Source: Octopus bimaculoides (lineage: Eukaryota). From it: a stretch of DNA of 64,000 bases. The notes below the pieces were generated by a model. The model did no database searches, had not been told where the DNA came from, and saw nothing but the letters and a program-made list of their open reading frames with translations. Below, in pieces: positions 50,761-64,000 of this stretch (its first letter is position 1; every line of letters starts with the position of its first letter). The stretch is taken from the NCBI RefSeq assembly GCF_001194135.2, contig NC_068984.1:34124640-34188639 (forward strand), given 5' to 3'. The position numbers and the translations under genes are program-made.

Positions 50761-51752
50761 TAGTTAGCAATATTGCTAGCTAAGCAACAGCCACATATTC
50801 TTATCTCTGGAACTTTGGTACTCAATAAAAAATTTTAGACAGCATACAAAGAGAGGACATGGAGTCGCTTATAAAAATTCATCCATACAAGACTTTTATT
50901 CACTATTATTCTTCCAGTGATTCCAGTACACCGCTTTTACACCCATAGTTTTCAGTCACCAGATTTCATACCATAATGGCTACCTCTGATGAGTACTAGG
51001 TTACATAATTGAACTGTTACCTAACACTCCATTGAACCCCTAATGCAAAATCAATTGGTAAGATCAGCTGTAATGGATATATAATACTGTACGTCTCAAT
51101 TATATATTTATTTCTTACATTATATATATTTATGTCTTACAGGCATTAGTTATGAAGTATACATCAACATCATTGTCATCATCATCATTTTATATCTGCA
51201 CTACAATGTTGGTATGCATTAGTCCCCTTTTTTTAAGTCTTGTGTGTGTGTGTGTGTGTGCGCATGCATGTGTGTTTGTGTATACATATATAATCCAAAA
51301 CCTGAAAGAGATGCACTTCTGTTAGCGGTCTGAGTGCCCTTTCTTTTGTTTGTCCATTTGTTCATATATATGTATATANNNNNNNNNNNNNNNNNNNNNN
51401 NNNNNNNNNNNNNNNNNNNNNNNNNNNNNNNNNNNNNNNNNNNNNNNNNNNNNNNNNNNNNNNNNNNNNNNNNNNNNNNNNNNNNNNNNNNNNNNNNNNN
51501 NNNNNNNNNNNNNNNNNNNNNNNNNNNNNNNNNNNNNNNNNNNNNNNNNNNNNNNNNNNNNNNNNNNNNNNNNNNNNNNNNNNNNNNNNNNNNNNNNNNN
51601 NNNNNNNNNNNNNNNNNNNNNNNNNNNNNNNNNNNNNNNNNNNNNNNNNNNNNNNNNNNNNNNNNNNNNNNNNNNNNNNNNNNNNNNNNNNNNNNNNNNN
51701 NNNNNNNNNNNNNNNNNNNNNNNNNNNNNNNNNNNNNNNNNNNNNNNNNNNN

Positions 51753-51802
<50 letters not shown>

Positions 51803-51834
51803 CATTATATATATAATATATATATATATATAAT

Positions 51835-51940
51835 CAGATTGGAGCCTGTGCAGCTACTGGCTCTCCAGACCTCAGTCAAACCATTGAACCCATGCCAGCA
51901 TGGAAAATGGATGTTAAACAATGATGATTATGATGATGAT
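51835..51940 (+). mobile_element. 5'-truncated family B tail
   Basis: cagattggagcctg..aacccatgccagcatggaaaatggatgttaaacaatgatg. Confidence 0.75.
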
Positions 51941-53383
51941 GGATTCAACACAAGAGAGTAGTACTAGCTTATATATTAAATATCTCCATTATAGATTCCA
52001 GCTTCTTCTCATTTCCAGGTGATTCCACACTGAAGAACTCTGAGATGTGATAGGAGAAATACTCAACAGAACACTTAAAAATCGAACATTTCCATAGTAA
52101 ACAAATTTAATTCAATTAAGTTGATGTGTTAGGTCAAACCTTATCAGATATTCTCAGACTCTACTATCTTACGTACTTGAAAAATTCATTAGAAAGAATA
52201 AGCAGCAACAACATTTTTTTGTTGTCTAGCTGCATGTAAACATTGATCAAGCAGGTGTTCCAAACATGACCAGCCCATCTTTCGAACAGTACAAGCAACT
52301 ACATTTTTTAATGTTTAAGACAGCCAGATTTGACTGGAGAGAGATCTGGTTGCTATTTCTATTTGATTAAGTGGCTATTCATAGGTTTCTTAACTGTCTG
52401 CTGTGATACCTGTTTTTCTTTGTTTACAAGAAAGTTCTGCCAAATTATTTTCTCTTGAATGCTGTGTTGTTTTCATCTGTGACTTTTATTAAGTATCAAT
52501 CTTGTTCATTCACAGTTACAACTGTCTCAATACCTGCCTAGAAACCATTCTACAATCCATCCCATGAAATAAAGTGTAGCAGTGCAGCTGTATAAAGGTT
52601 AGAAAGGCTTAATCTATAGAAATAAAGCAGTGTGACAATCCAGACATGTTTAATATAAAAAGAAAAGCAGATACTGTAATAGAACCTATGGGTTATATCA
52701 GATAATTCCTATCAAGTGTGGAGTAAATGTAGCACTTATTAGCTGAATGTCTTGCCACTTTTACTTGTCAAAAGGGGATTTGAAAGATTTGAAGTCTTCT
52801 TCATTTCAGTAAGACCTTCAACACATATTCTCCTTGAAATCAAAGATAATAGGGAAAATTTGATGACTGTCAGAGGTTTAACTTGAATCAATGGGTTGTC
52901 CCTTATGCTGTTCTTGTTGTTCAGCTTCTGGTCAACCCTGACCAGCCTAAGATCCAAAGTATTCTATGGAAATACGTTTTTTTCTATTTTCCAGATATCA
53001 TGGGTTCTTTTAAGACTACTGTATATAAATTGAAGGAGGCTTGACTGCCATTTTTAGCAGATCATATTGCTGCATAGGAACAACTTCCCCTAAAAGCAGG
53101 GAGAAGATATTTGCTTAGATTCCTATAATAAACTTAATTAGATTAGAGGAATTTTTTTGCTTTTAGCAGAATCCTATGCATATATCTTTATTGGCAAAAT
53201 TGTTAAAGCAGCAGATAAAATATCTTGCTATATTTATTTGGGCCTTTATGTTCTTGGGTGCAACCCCTTGAAGAGATTTGAACTTAGAACTTTGTCTTTT
53301 AACATTTTGGAGATGATAAAATGGGACTGATGATGTTGACTAATCTTCTTCCTCTGAATTTCAGGCCTCATGCCTACGTAAGA

Positions 53384-53525
<142 letters not shown>

Positions 53526-53559
53526 TACCAGATAGTGGTTCTCATGGCTTCTTATCTTA

Positions 53560-54067
53560 ACTGATTGGAGGTGCTATCGTGTACATTGTTTTGTCTTGGT
53601 ATAAAAGATGGGCTACAGCAAATATTCTGCTCAATACCACAGACTTGCTTGTCAGTTGCTTGATCTTAACCAGTTGAGCATGTCCCTTAGTGGCTGACAA
53701 TATGTGCATCTCTGATAAGGAGCAGAAGTAGTGGGGGAGCATCATAGTCATGTGTTGAGAGGAATTCTTTGTGGTTTGGATAATTCACCTTTGGAAACAT
53801 GGGTATTTCGTTTGACATTCTCAAACAACCTTTATTCAAGGACCTTTTGAGCAGGATGGGCTACTCGACATGAAGAAAATTCTAGCTGGGATCCACCTGC
53901 AAGGTCATGCGCTGTTTATCTTGATATGAGACCACTATGTCGTGCACATATGGTTGTGATGCATGTGCCTGGTGTACCCTTATCAGACGGGTAGTCATGA
54001 TGGGTATACTGGGCTTCGTATATTTTACCCCAGTGTCACTTTGATGGCATGCACTGCTCTCTCATTC

Positions 54068-54115
<48 letters not shown>
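53560..54115 (+). mobile_element. Unclassified retroposon-like repeat ending in (AAT)n
   Basis: Higher-GC block ending gcactgctctctcattc(AAT)n; no recognisable protein motif. Confidence 0.5.
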
Positions 54116-54116
<1 letters not shown>

Positions 54117-56816
54117 TTAGTTTTAGTAGTAATATTAGTATTAATATTCATATTATTATTAAGAATGATAAATGGCAGAATTGATAGGTTATTGAATGTC
54201 CCGTTATCTACTGAATTCAGATATGGCAATTGACCTTGCCTTTCATCCTTACATGTTCAATAAAACAAGTAACTTTAATAATGGAGTTGATTAAAGTGAC
54301 AATATTCTTCCTACAATGTGTGTAGCCTCATACTTGTCATTATTTTAATATTGTACACACATACGCTAAATACATATACTCAGTCATACCCACAAACATA
54401 TTTATCACAATATATAGTATATTCATATATTTTAATGATGCTAAACATCTGCACTATTCTTTAAGTCTCCTCAATTAATTCTGCCTTCCCACTACGTGAA
54501 TTGTCCTTGTTCTGAAAAATGAAATAACTATGGTTATATATATATTTTTTTTTTTTTTTAGCAATTTGATGTTATTGGTAACCTTTTCCTAGTATTTTAT
54601 TCATTTTCTGCTAATTACATCGAATGAAATACTATTTTCTTTTCTTTTGTATTTTACTGATTTTTTAAAATTCTTTCTTAGATTTTGTTTTCACATCTCT
54701 TGTGTACAGAATACAAATAATTTTTGCAGCTTCTCTACTTAAGATCAATAATGAAAGAAATATAAATTTTTAAAAAACTGATGAAGTAAAACCCTATAGC
54801 ACCAATAAATTTTAGAAATTTTTACATAATGAGTTTTTAAGAAAATTCATGTTATTGTCATTTGCAAATATCTCAGAGAGTAGAAGCAGCTCTTGATGCA
54901 GGAAATGGCATAAGAATTTATACTAATGAGCTAAACGAAGAGAAGGTAACTGTCTTTTATGGATTTAGTAGTCAGCTAATAGGGATGTAAGATGCGTTGA
55001 TAAATTGTTGTTGCTTAGCAAGAATTGATAAAGCAGAACGAATGTGAAGCAAACTAGAAAGAATGCATGAAATGCTCATTAGCATTTCTAGATCTAGAAT
55101 TTAATCTGCTGTTCAGATCTATCCCTTTATCCTTGGGTCCCTTCAACAAGATCCATTCTGTTGTAATCATTAGTACTGGACTTTCAATCAAAGGATAACT
55201 TAATACCCTAATATGTTGCCTCCAACCATTGCAATACATGGATCATAGTGTTCTTCCTCCCTACATACTTCACCATGATGGTTAAATGGCTGACTTGTTA
55301 CAGTGTTCAGTAGAATGCACTGTGATATTTGTTCTGGTTTTCTGTACCCTCAGTTCAAATCCTACAAAGGTCCATTTTGCTTTTCATCCTTTAGGAATCA
55401 ATAAAAAAAATGTACTACCCCAGTACTAGTGCACCCCTCTCTTCTTCCAGGTTATTACCTCAGGGATGTTTCACTGAATCAAAGATGGGAAGGCCGGCCA
55501 AGAGGGTGTCTGTGTTTGGTCATGACTTCATAACCCCTTGGAACAATTAGTAAGAGCATTGTATATGTTACCAATACTCTCTCGCAAGTTATGGCCATAG
55601 TTTATCACTTATCCTGGAGGCCCTAGAAAGAGGTCCTCTGACTAAGTCATGCAACAAATATTCTTCCCATAACTTTAAATACAGTATCCAAGAATGATTT
55701 TAGCTTTTCTAACATCCTCACCAGAGGGACATTGGTAATATTGATGGGGTAATAGTCCACCAGATCATATGTCTTAAGTACATAGCAAACTTACTTTAGT
55801 TTGTATAATTAGGATTTCACACATTATCCAATCATTGTTGTTACTGTTTTGTCCCATGAATCCTACATTGTCCAAGGTGTCCTTTCTATTTTCAGCCAAT
55901 AATTTTCAATCAGTTTATATTTTCAGAATTAAAGGATAAGTAAATTTTCTGTTTGTTATGTCAAGTCATGATGTAGCTGACAAAAAAGGTTTAATGGACT
56001 ACAGTAATTAATATTAATTATTATCCAGATGATAAAAATTATGTTTTATTAGGAAGGTGGACTTAATAATAAGTTTAGTAATCAGTATTTATTACCTTTG
56101 TGGGAGATTTAGTTGGTATCTCTAGAATGCTGAGGAACCATATAGAAGCTTCCTTATTTGTTCCTATTAATTGCTATTACCATTATTTTTACTGGTTAGC
56201 CCCCTGATGAACCTGGAATGAATGGAGAATGTTCCAGCTGTGATACACAACGTTTTGTATATTTACTGTTTGTCCACTTTCCAATGTGTTTTTCTATTTT
56301 AATATGATAGGACATGAATGTAGGGAAATTTTGGCTGCTATTTCAAGCAGGTCAAAACAAACTTGCAAATTCATTTTTTTTTTTCTTGCTTTATGATATC
56401 ATTACTGATATAGAATTTATATATCTTTTGGTAAACATTAGATGTATGATAGATTCAATATTACTGGCTATTTCTATGCCATTGATCTACGTGCAAATCT
56501 AATTATTAAATATTTTAAAACCTCATCAGAATCCAATTATTAGAATTCAGATGAGGTTTTGCAATATTTAATATTTCCATTTGCAAACAAATCATTGACA
56601 TATAAATATACTGAAATCAAAACTGCCTCATCCCTTGCCTGCTATTTTTCCTGTCAAAGAATAACAACCAGTGAAATATGCAACAACCATCAAATTGATC
56701 AGCAGATTGCATCGAGTTACTGGCACAAAGTGTCTTCATGGCTGAGACACTGCTGTTTAAGTCCAAAACATATCCAACCATGACTATCCTGTTTTATTCT
56801 TAAACAATTTACATAT

Positions 56817-57260
56817 GGCGTAGGAGTGACTGTGTGGTAAGTAGCTTGCTTACAAACCACATGGTTCCGGGTTCAGTCCCACTGCATGGCACCTTGGGCA
56901 AGTGTCTTCTGCTAGAGCCTTGGGCCGACCAAAGCCTTGTGAGTGGATTTGGTAGACGGAAACTGAAAGAAGCCCGTCGTATATATGTATATGTGTGTAT
57001 GTGTGTGTGTATGTGCACGCGCGTGTGTGTGTGTATGCATGTGTTTGTGTGTCTGTGTTTGTCCCCCCCCCACATCGCTTGACAACCGATGCTGGTGTGT
57101 TTACATCCCCGTAACTTAGCAGTTCAGCAAAAGATACCAATAGAATAAGTACTAGGCTTACATAGAATAAGTCCTGGGGTCGATTTGCTCAACTAAAGGT
57201 GGTGCTCTAGCATGGCCACAGTCAAATGACTGAAACAAGTAAAAAAGTAAAAGAGTAAAG
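56817..57260 (+). mobile_element. SINE family A, full length, young
   Basis: ggcgtaggagtgactgtgtggtaagtagcttgc...gaaacaagtaaaaaagtaaaagag. Confidence 0.92.
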
Positions 57261-57561
57261 TGTATAAGCTGCAATAGTTAATACCTTTATCTTTTCTGTA
57301 ATATGGCTCGGTGTGAGTGAAAGGAGATTTGGTTGCTATTTCTAGCAATCTTCTCAAAAGTAGAAGCTTCTCATTAGCCTATAGCTGATGAACTTAAATG
57401 TCAAGTGTTATGTTATACACTAGCATATGCTATAGCATCAATGTAGAAAGAGATGACAAGTATTTCAATGGTGTGTAGTACTGTGTTCATTTCTTCCATT
57501 AACAAAAGCTGTTTGTGACTGACTAGTAATCTAATTAGTAGGAAATCTTATCTCTTAATTT

Positions 57562-57887
57562 CTATCTTTTACTTGTTTCAGTCATTAGACTGCAGCCATG
57601 CTGGGGCACCACCTTGAAGAATTTTAGTTGAATGAATTACCCATCCAGTACTTTTTTGATTTTTCTTCTTAAGCCTGATACTTATTCTATCAGTCACATT
57701 TGCCAGACTGCTAAGTTATGGGGACATAAACACACCAACAATAGATGTCAGGCTGTGATGGGAGAATACATACAGACACAAACAGACATACACACACACA
57801 TGACAAGCCTCTTTCAGTTTCTGTCTACCAAATCCACTCACAAGGTTTTGGTCAGTCTGAGGCTATAGTAGAAGACACTTGCCCAAG
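57562..57887 (-). mobile_element. SINE family A, lacking the head
   Basis: Tail through to gaagacacttgcccaag. Confidence 0.82.
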
Positions 57888-58031
57888 TCTCCTGGATGAT
57901 TGTGTTTTGCAAAATATTACCTTAGCTTAACTCTCAACTGATTAGTTGCTAGTGTGTCACAAAACCATTTTGCTTCAATTAGAACTTCGTCATACACTTC
58001 ATCAATGCATAATTTCACAGAAACAAAAAGA

Positions 58032-58204
58032 TGCAGTTGTGGCTATGTGGTAAGACGCTTTTCACTGCATGGCCCTTTGAGCAAGTATCTTCTACTAAAG
58101 CCCTAGGCTGACCAAAGACTTGTGAGTGGATTTGGCAGATAGAAACTGAAAGAACCTTGTCATATGTGTATGTGTCTGTGTGTGTGTGTGTGTGTGTGCG
58201 TATG

Positions 58205-58239
<35 letters not shown>

Positions 58240-58460
58240 GTATGTGTGTATGTGTGTTTGTGCCTTTCCTCACCACAGCTTGACAACCAATGTTGGTTTG
58301 TTTATGTCCCCATAACTTAGTGGTTTGGTATAAGCGGCTGATAGAATAAGTACCAGGCTTTAGAAAATAAGTGTTGGGGGTTGATGCATTAGAGTAAGAC
58401 CCTACAAGGGGTGCTCAAGCGTGGCCACAGTCCAATAATTGACACAGGTAAACAAAGTTA
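58032..58460 (+). mobile_element. SINE family A, older copy with a small deletion
   Basis: gtggctatgtggtaag..gcaagtatcttctac..(GT)n..gtgctcaagcgtggccacag. Confidence 0.8.
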
Positions 58461-61249
58461 TAAGATATATAAGGAGAAACTCTCTCTCGTTAGTTCTTAA
58501 TGGTTTCCTCTCCATATTCAATAAAATAAAATACTCGTCAAGTACTGAAGCTGATGGCAAACTAAGCCTGTTCTCTCAAAATTACTTGGGTCTAAATCAG
58601 AAACCATTATTAGTTATGGCTTCATGTGATTGAGAAAGTGGGGTTTTCATTTTGTTTATGATGATGTTCATAATTAGCCTCACTAGAGAATTTCAAAGTC
58701 TCATATGACTATAAATCTTAGCAAGGGCAAAAAAATTCCCTGGAAAAATATAAAAATGACATTTTTAATGAATCGTTTAACAGTTAAAGAAAAACGAGAT
58801 AACTCGAACCTTGACAAACTCATAGGTTGATAGCAATTACATGGCTTGTGCAGGTGATAAAATTTCTTGACTTCTTTAAGTCTTCATGTCAGTTTTGTCT
58901 TTTATATCAGGGACAGTGGGAAGTGTGCTGTGGAAGGCATTGCTAGGCAATAAAAAACAAGTACAATATTCAATGGTTCACTCAGCAAATAGACCAACTT
59001 CCTATTTCAAAACCAAATGACCTTCCTCTTATGAACAGAACCCATATAGAGTGTACATAACTGTCACTTACTAAGACAGTAAAACTGTCACTTTACTAAG
59101 ATAGTAAAACAAACAACGTAGTTTTACAATCATACTAGTGGTTCATTTTGATATTTATAACATAGATCATTTAGTAGGAATTAGTTTACTTTGTAAGTAT
59201 TTAACAGTACTCTGTTCAAAGTAACAAAGTGCATAAAAGTTTAACTCATTCCAAATAAGGTCCCTTCAAGTTGATTTGCAACTACCACTGGTGAGATATT
59301 TTTGTCACCAATACAAATTAGTAATAGCGGAATCTGCAAAATTGTGTGTGTTGGTGGGGTTTAGAATGGAGAAAGTGGGAGGAAGTTTTAAATTGATTAC
59401 AAGGTAACACTGCTTCAAGCTCTGAACAAAACAGCCATAGCAAAACAGAAAATTAAGAAAACAAAATAAAGGAAAAGGCAAGAAAATGCTATTTAGTTTC
59501 ATTGTTAACCATGGATGTTTTAATTGATTGCTTAACATTTCTAAATTGCACCAAAACCAATCCATTCACTAATGTAATTTAACACTGTGGCAATGCTGCA
59601 AATTATCTGTTTCTTTGCATTAAAGAAGAGGCGTATCTCTGGAGGGACTGGTGGTATCAAAGGGAGAATTTAAGTGGCATGTCTGGTCATCAGCACAGAA
59701 AGATAATGAGAGAATGTGTTTGAGTGTAAACAAGAGAAGGGATTTGAAAATTAGATACAGGAAGGTGTGGAAGTATAAAAAGAGAGTTATTTATAAAACT
59801 GATAGAAAGTGAAATGGATAATAGATCAGGACCACTGATTTGATGAGCAAACTAGAGAAATGGGAAAAGACCAATTTTAATGAGAGAAACAAAAAAAAAA
59901 AAAATACCTGCAATTAGAANNNNNNNNNNAAAAAAAAAAAAAAAAATACCTGCAATTAGAATGAAAGGCAGAAAAGAGATGGACTTTATGCCATGCAAAT
60001 TAATGTGGGAAAAGCAGTTTGTGGGTGATAAATATTAAGAGTGATAAATGTTATGGCTTCTTGTGAATAATGAAATAGAGTATGCATGGCATAATCATAA
60101 AATGAACTTGAATATTATATCATGAAACACATGTCTCATGCTTTGAGTGAGAGTATACTGAGTGTATAAGCAGTGATGAAATCACAAGTAGAACAAAAGA
60201 ATATAAGGGTAATTTAGTCTGATACAAATTACATCATTTAAGATGTAAATAAATAAAATGTTCAGCATTAATGCTGCAAAAGGGTGCTACTTCAAAGTGA
60301 AATCAAAAATAAAATGAAAATAAATATAGTTCAAAAATGACATGAAAAAGAATGAAACAAGTAAGTCAAATAGAGAAGACAATAAACTAAATATTGCCTA
60401 TTTTCTATTGGCATATATCAAAGGAATGCAGAGAAGAAATAAATTGACTTTAGCTGTGCCTTAATCCTATTAAGGATATTGTCCTGATGAAGGATGCCAG
60501 GTTAACGAATTTAATTTGTTAATTACTAAATGTCTTTCATATCCAAATGTCTCTAGTGAATATGTATTAAATTGTCTAGAATTGGACAACATTTTCATCG
60601 TTAATGCAAATCTGATGATTAAAGCTAATACTTTTTATTGAACCATTAGAGCTTTACTGTGTATTGAAAACTATCAATTATCATCTTCCTTACTTGTATT
60701 GATGGATAAGGAGAATGCATATCTACTAGAAACTGAAGGATAGTGAGGACATCTAAGGCAAAGGTGAAATGTGAATGTGAGATCTGAACTAAAATAGTCA
60801 AGGATTATGAATGAGGTGACATATGTTGTACAGAGAACAGAAGAGACATTATATCATACAGATTCCATCTAAACCACGCAAGCAAGATATAAATATGATT
60901 TCATTAAAGCCACAGTAATGATAATAGTAACGTTGTGATGATAATGACAATGGTGGTGATGTTGGTGGCAATAGTGATGATAGCTATCATCATCACTAGC
61001 ATCAATCATCATGAACTTTCTGCACATATTCCATGATTACACATTTGAATGAGCAGATCTGTAATATCTTTTCAATTAACACAGTCACTCATCAATTACT
61101 CTTTAGGTTTGAATTATTTCAGGTGACATCATTTGTATTCGTTTGCAAACATCTGCCTATACAGCTATAATCTATCAGTTAAAGGTAATTTTCAGGTCAT
61201 ATTTTTCATTTTGATACACATGTAAGGTCTCATAATTGTTTCTAATTCA

Positions 61250-61440
61250 GGCACATAGCCAACAGTTTTGAGTGGGTGACTTCAGTTGATTACTTCAATC
61301 CCAGTACTTGACTTCTACTCTATTTTAATTGACCAGGTGAAATGAAAGCCAGAGTTGACCTTGGCAGGATTTGAGATTAGAAACATAATGAGTCAGAACA
61401 AATACTGCATAGCTTTCAGTTCAATGCTTTAATGATTCTG
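61250..61440 (-). mobile_element. SINE family C, decayed
   Basis: atcccagtacttgac..gaaatgaaagccagagttgaccttggcaggatttgag. Confidence 0.65.
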
Positions 61441-62559
61441 ATCCTAAACCCTAATATTGACCACTCACCCCAAACTGCCAGTTATTATATCACTGAGTTC
61501 AAATTGCCTGCCAACACTTCATTATTCCTATCACACAAAACACAAGCTTCAGAACTGTTAGACTTTATGCCTACAAGAATGGAAGCAATGCACCTGCATC
61601 GATAGAAAAGAGAATTCAAGGAACAATAGAAATGTGGTCCCAATTCAATCTTGGCTAATGTGTGTGTGTATGTGTGTGTGTGTGTGTGTGTGTTTCATTA
61701 TACAAATGGGAAAATATATATATATATATCTGTAGCCTTGTAGACGTTTATTTATCAGATGTTTGTTTATAAGAGCATGGTTATATACAAATGTCTGTTT
61801 TATTGTGATAATATAGGTTAGACAGAGAGGTATTTGAGGATGGTTTCGATTGATTACATTAATCCCAGTACGTGACTTATACTCTATTATATATATGGAA
61901 GAATCCCTTTCTTGTTCTCAGTCTTTAATTCCTTTTCAAGTGAGGGGTGAATGCATTGGATGAATTGTTAACAAGAAATTTTAACGAATGTCACTTGTTA
62001 CAGTTCAGCTACAAGCAGAGGCAATACCATTTATAACCCGGCACAGATTGTAAATATTCATGCACACACTCACACCTACATCATTCAGATCTTGTCAGCC
62101 AAATTCCTTCACAAGGTATTAGTTGACCCAGGGTTGCCACTCAGTGGAACTAAACCCAAAGTTAAATGGCTGTTAAGTGAATTTCTTAATCACACTGTTG
62201 TACCTGATTTAGTTGAGTAAAATGAACACTTATATTTTTTGTATATCCAGGGAGGAAGTACAGCAAACAGAAGAGACAATTCCTAACTGGTGACGTTGAT
62301 ACAATTCACTTTCACCTAAACTTTGTGTAAATTAATATGTAGATAATATGGAGACATAGAGTAACTTGCTGAGGGTTGCAGTCTTTGAGATATATGTTTG
62401 TTGTGGAGGTTTGAGAATGAGACACAGTAAGGATGGTGGGAGCAGGAGAGCTTTTGCAGTAGACAGTTTTTATATTTCAACTGTGCAAAAACAGAGAGGA
62501 TATAATAACTCGATGTACTAGAGGTTGATGTCTGGTGGTGAATGAAGTTTTTTTAAATC

Positions 62560-62900
62560 AGTCATTCTTCTTGTTGTCCAATATCTGAATCCGGGTTTGT
62601 CCCCGTTGACGTGGGTGGCTGGATCTACCTCACTCCTACAGTAACTGCTCTCACACCATCTTGCCATCCAGTTTTGGGCATTCTCCCTCTTCAAGCCAAC
62701 CCTCCCAATCTCCTCCTCCACCTGTCCCCCTACGTTTACTTTGGTTGACTTCGCTTTGATAGTTCATTCACTCTAAACTCAAGCACTTTCCTCAGAACAT
62801 GATCCTCATTCCTCCTCAACACATGTCCATACCACCACACTCCATTCACCCTTGCCAGCTGTTCCACTGATACCTTCAGTCCCAGTGTCCCTATTAAATC
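62560..62900 (-). mobile_element. RTE LINE ORF2 C-terminal remnant
   Basis: Minus frame QLARVNGVWWYGHVLRRNEDHVLRKVLEF, then EEEIGRVGLKRENAQNW. Confidence 0.82.
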
Positions 62901-64000
62901 ATCACTTTTGGATTTTTTGTGACTACAGCTGCTGTACTACAGATATGTGTGCAGTATTCTAGTTTATAGGACATACCTTATTTTTAAAGAAGAAGCTGTT
63001 GACAGCTACATTACTTTCTGGTTATTAAAAATAGGGGCTAACAATTAATAAACAGTTTTGGTTATAGCATAGCTATTTGGTTATAATAGGAAGCTATCAG
63101 AGATTCAGAAGGATTTAGTTGAGTTGCTCATGAAGGGAGGATATATTGCGTAGTGTTTTTCCTTAATATGTATATTTACTGTACTTTGGAGTTGTAGAAA
63201 ATATAGGATAGTTTCAATCATCCACTTATCAATGTAATATTAGTTTAGCTTTTATCATTCTGAGGCCAATGAATAAGTACTGAAAGATCAACTTGATTAT
63301 AGCCATTTCCCAAATTTGAGGTCTTGTATCTATATCAAAAATCAACATCAAATGGAAATCATACTTGCTGCCAAGTATAGTCAGCCTAGAATTGACAGAG
63401 TTCCAACTAATTAGCAGATGGGTAGAAGATGTTGTACATTCATTGTTTTGTTCTGTGTCCAGATCTTGCTGACCTCTGGTCAAAAGCATTTCAGCTGTAA
63501 CAATACAATCTTTCTTTTCCAGGAATATGGTATCTATTCTTTATCCAGTGTATCCATTTTCAAATATGGGACCTGTGTTTTCCAGAAACTAGGTATATAC
63601 CTTCTTTATTCTGTGTCTGATTTGGAAAGGTGATGTGATTTCAGGGAGGTTTAGTGCTCTTTCCACTAAATTAACAGATAGAAGGTTGATTTAGTGCTTA
63701 TAAAATTTATAATTAATTTTGTTTTTGATCAGGCATAAAGGCACTACATTTTGGAAGTTATGTAAAGACATTGGTATGGTTATTATGAGAGTATTAATGA
63801 GGTAAATATAAATCAACTAGCTTTGACAAGGAATTGAAATAGTTTCACAGAGCTCAGCTTTAATCTCACTTTACAGCTTTTGCTATTCTTTGACATCCTA
63901 TGTATGTGTTTCTCTCTCATTTTAATATTAACCAACTATTTTGAAATCCACCGGCACCAGAAGTTATTTTCTATTGCATGTACTAGTTAGTCTGAAGCAG

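Overview
AT-rich eukaryotic genomic DNA, dense in microsatellites and interspersed repeats, with six N-gaps. The repeat families look cephalopod (most likely Octopus); this is inferred from recalled repeat motifs, not from a search. The window lies almost entirely inside one minus-strand gene with very large introns, and three exons can be joined in frame. They are an Ig-domain exon (45777-45490), a 150-nt Pro/Asn/Gly-rich stalk exon (9833-9684) and a terminal exon encoding a GPI-anchor-like signal (2762-2650). Together they give the C-terminal part of a lachesin/DIP/IgLON-type cell-adhesion protein; the upstream Ig exons were not found and probably lie beyond 64000. The introns hold several SINE families plus remnants of RTE, R4/Dong-like, Jockey/CR1-like and Penelope-like retroelements. 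They also hold two Tc1/mariner-superfamily mini-elements, a solo LTR nested in an RTE LINE, and an intact two-finger C2H2 frame that the ORF track misses. Several fold-back or inverted-repeat structures could form dsRNA in the pre-mRNA. I found no prokaryotic features, CRISPR array, rRNA or true tRNA gene, and no clearly novel system beyond these leads. SINE family labels A-D are my working names.
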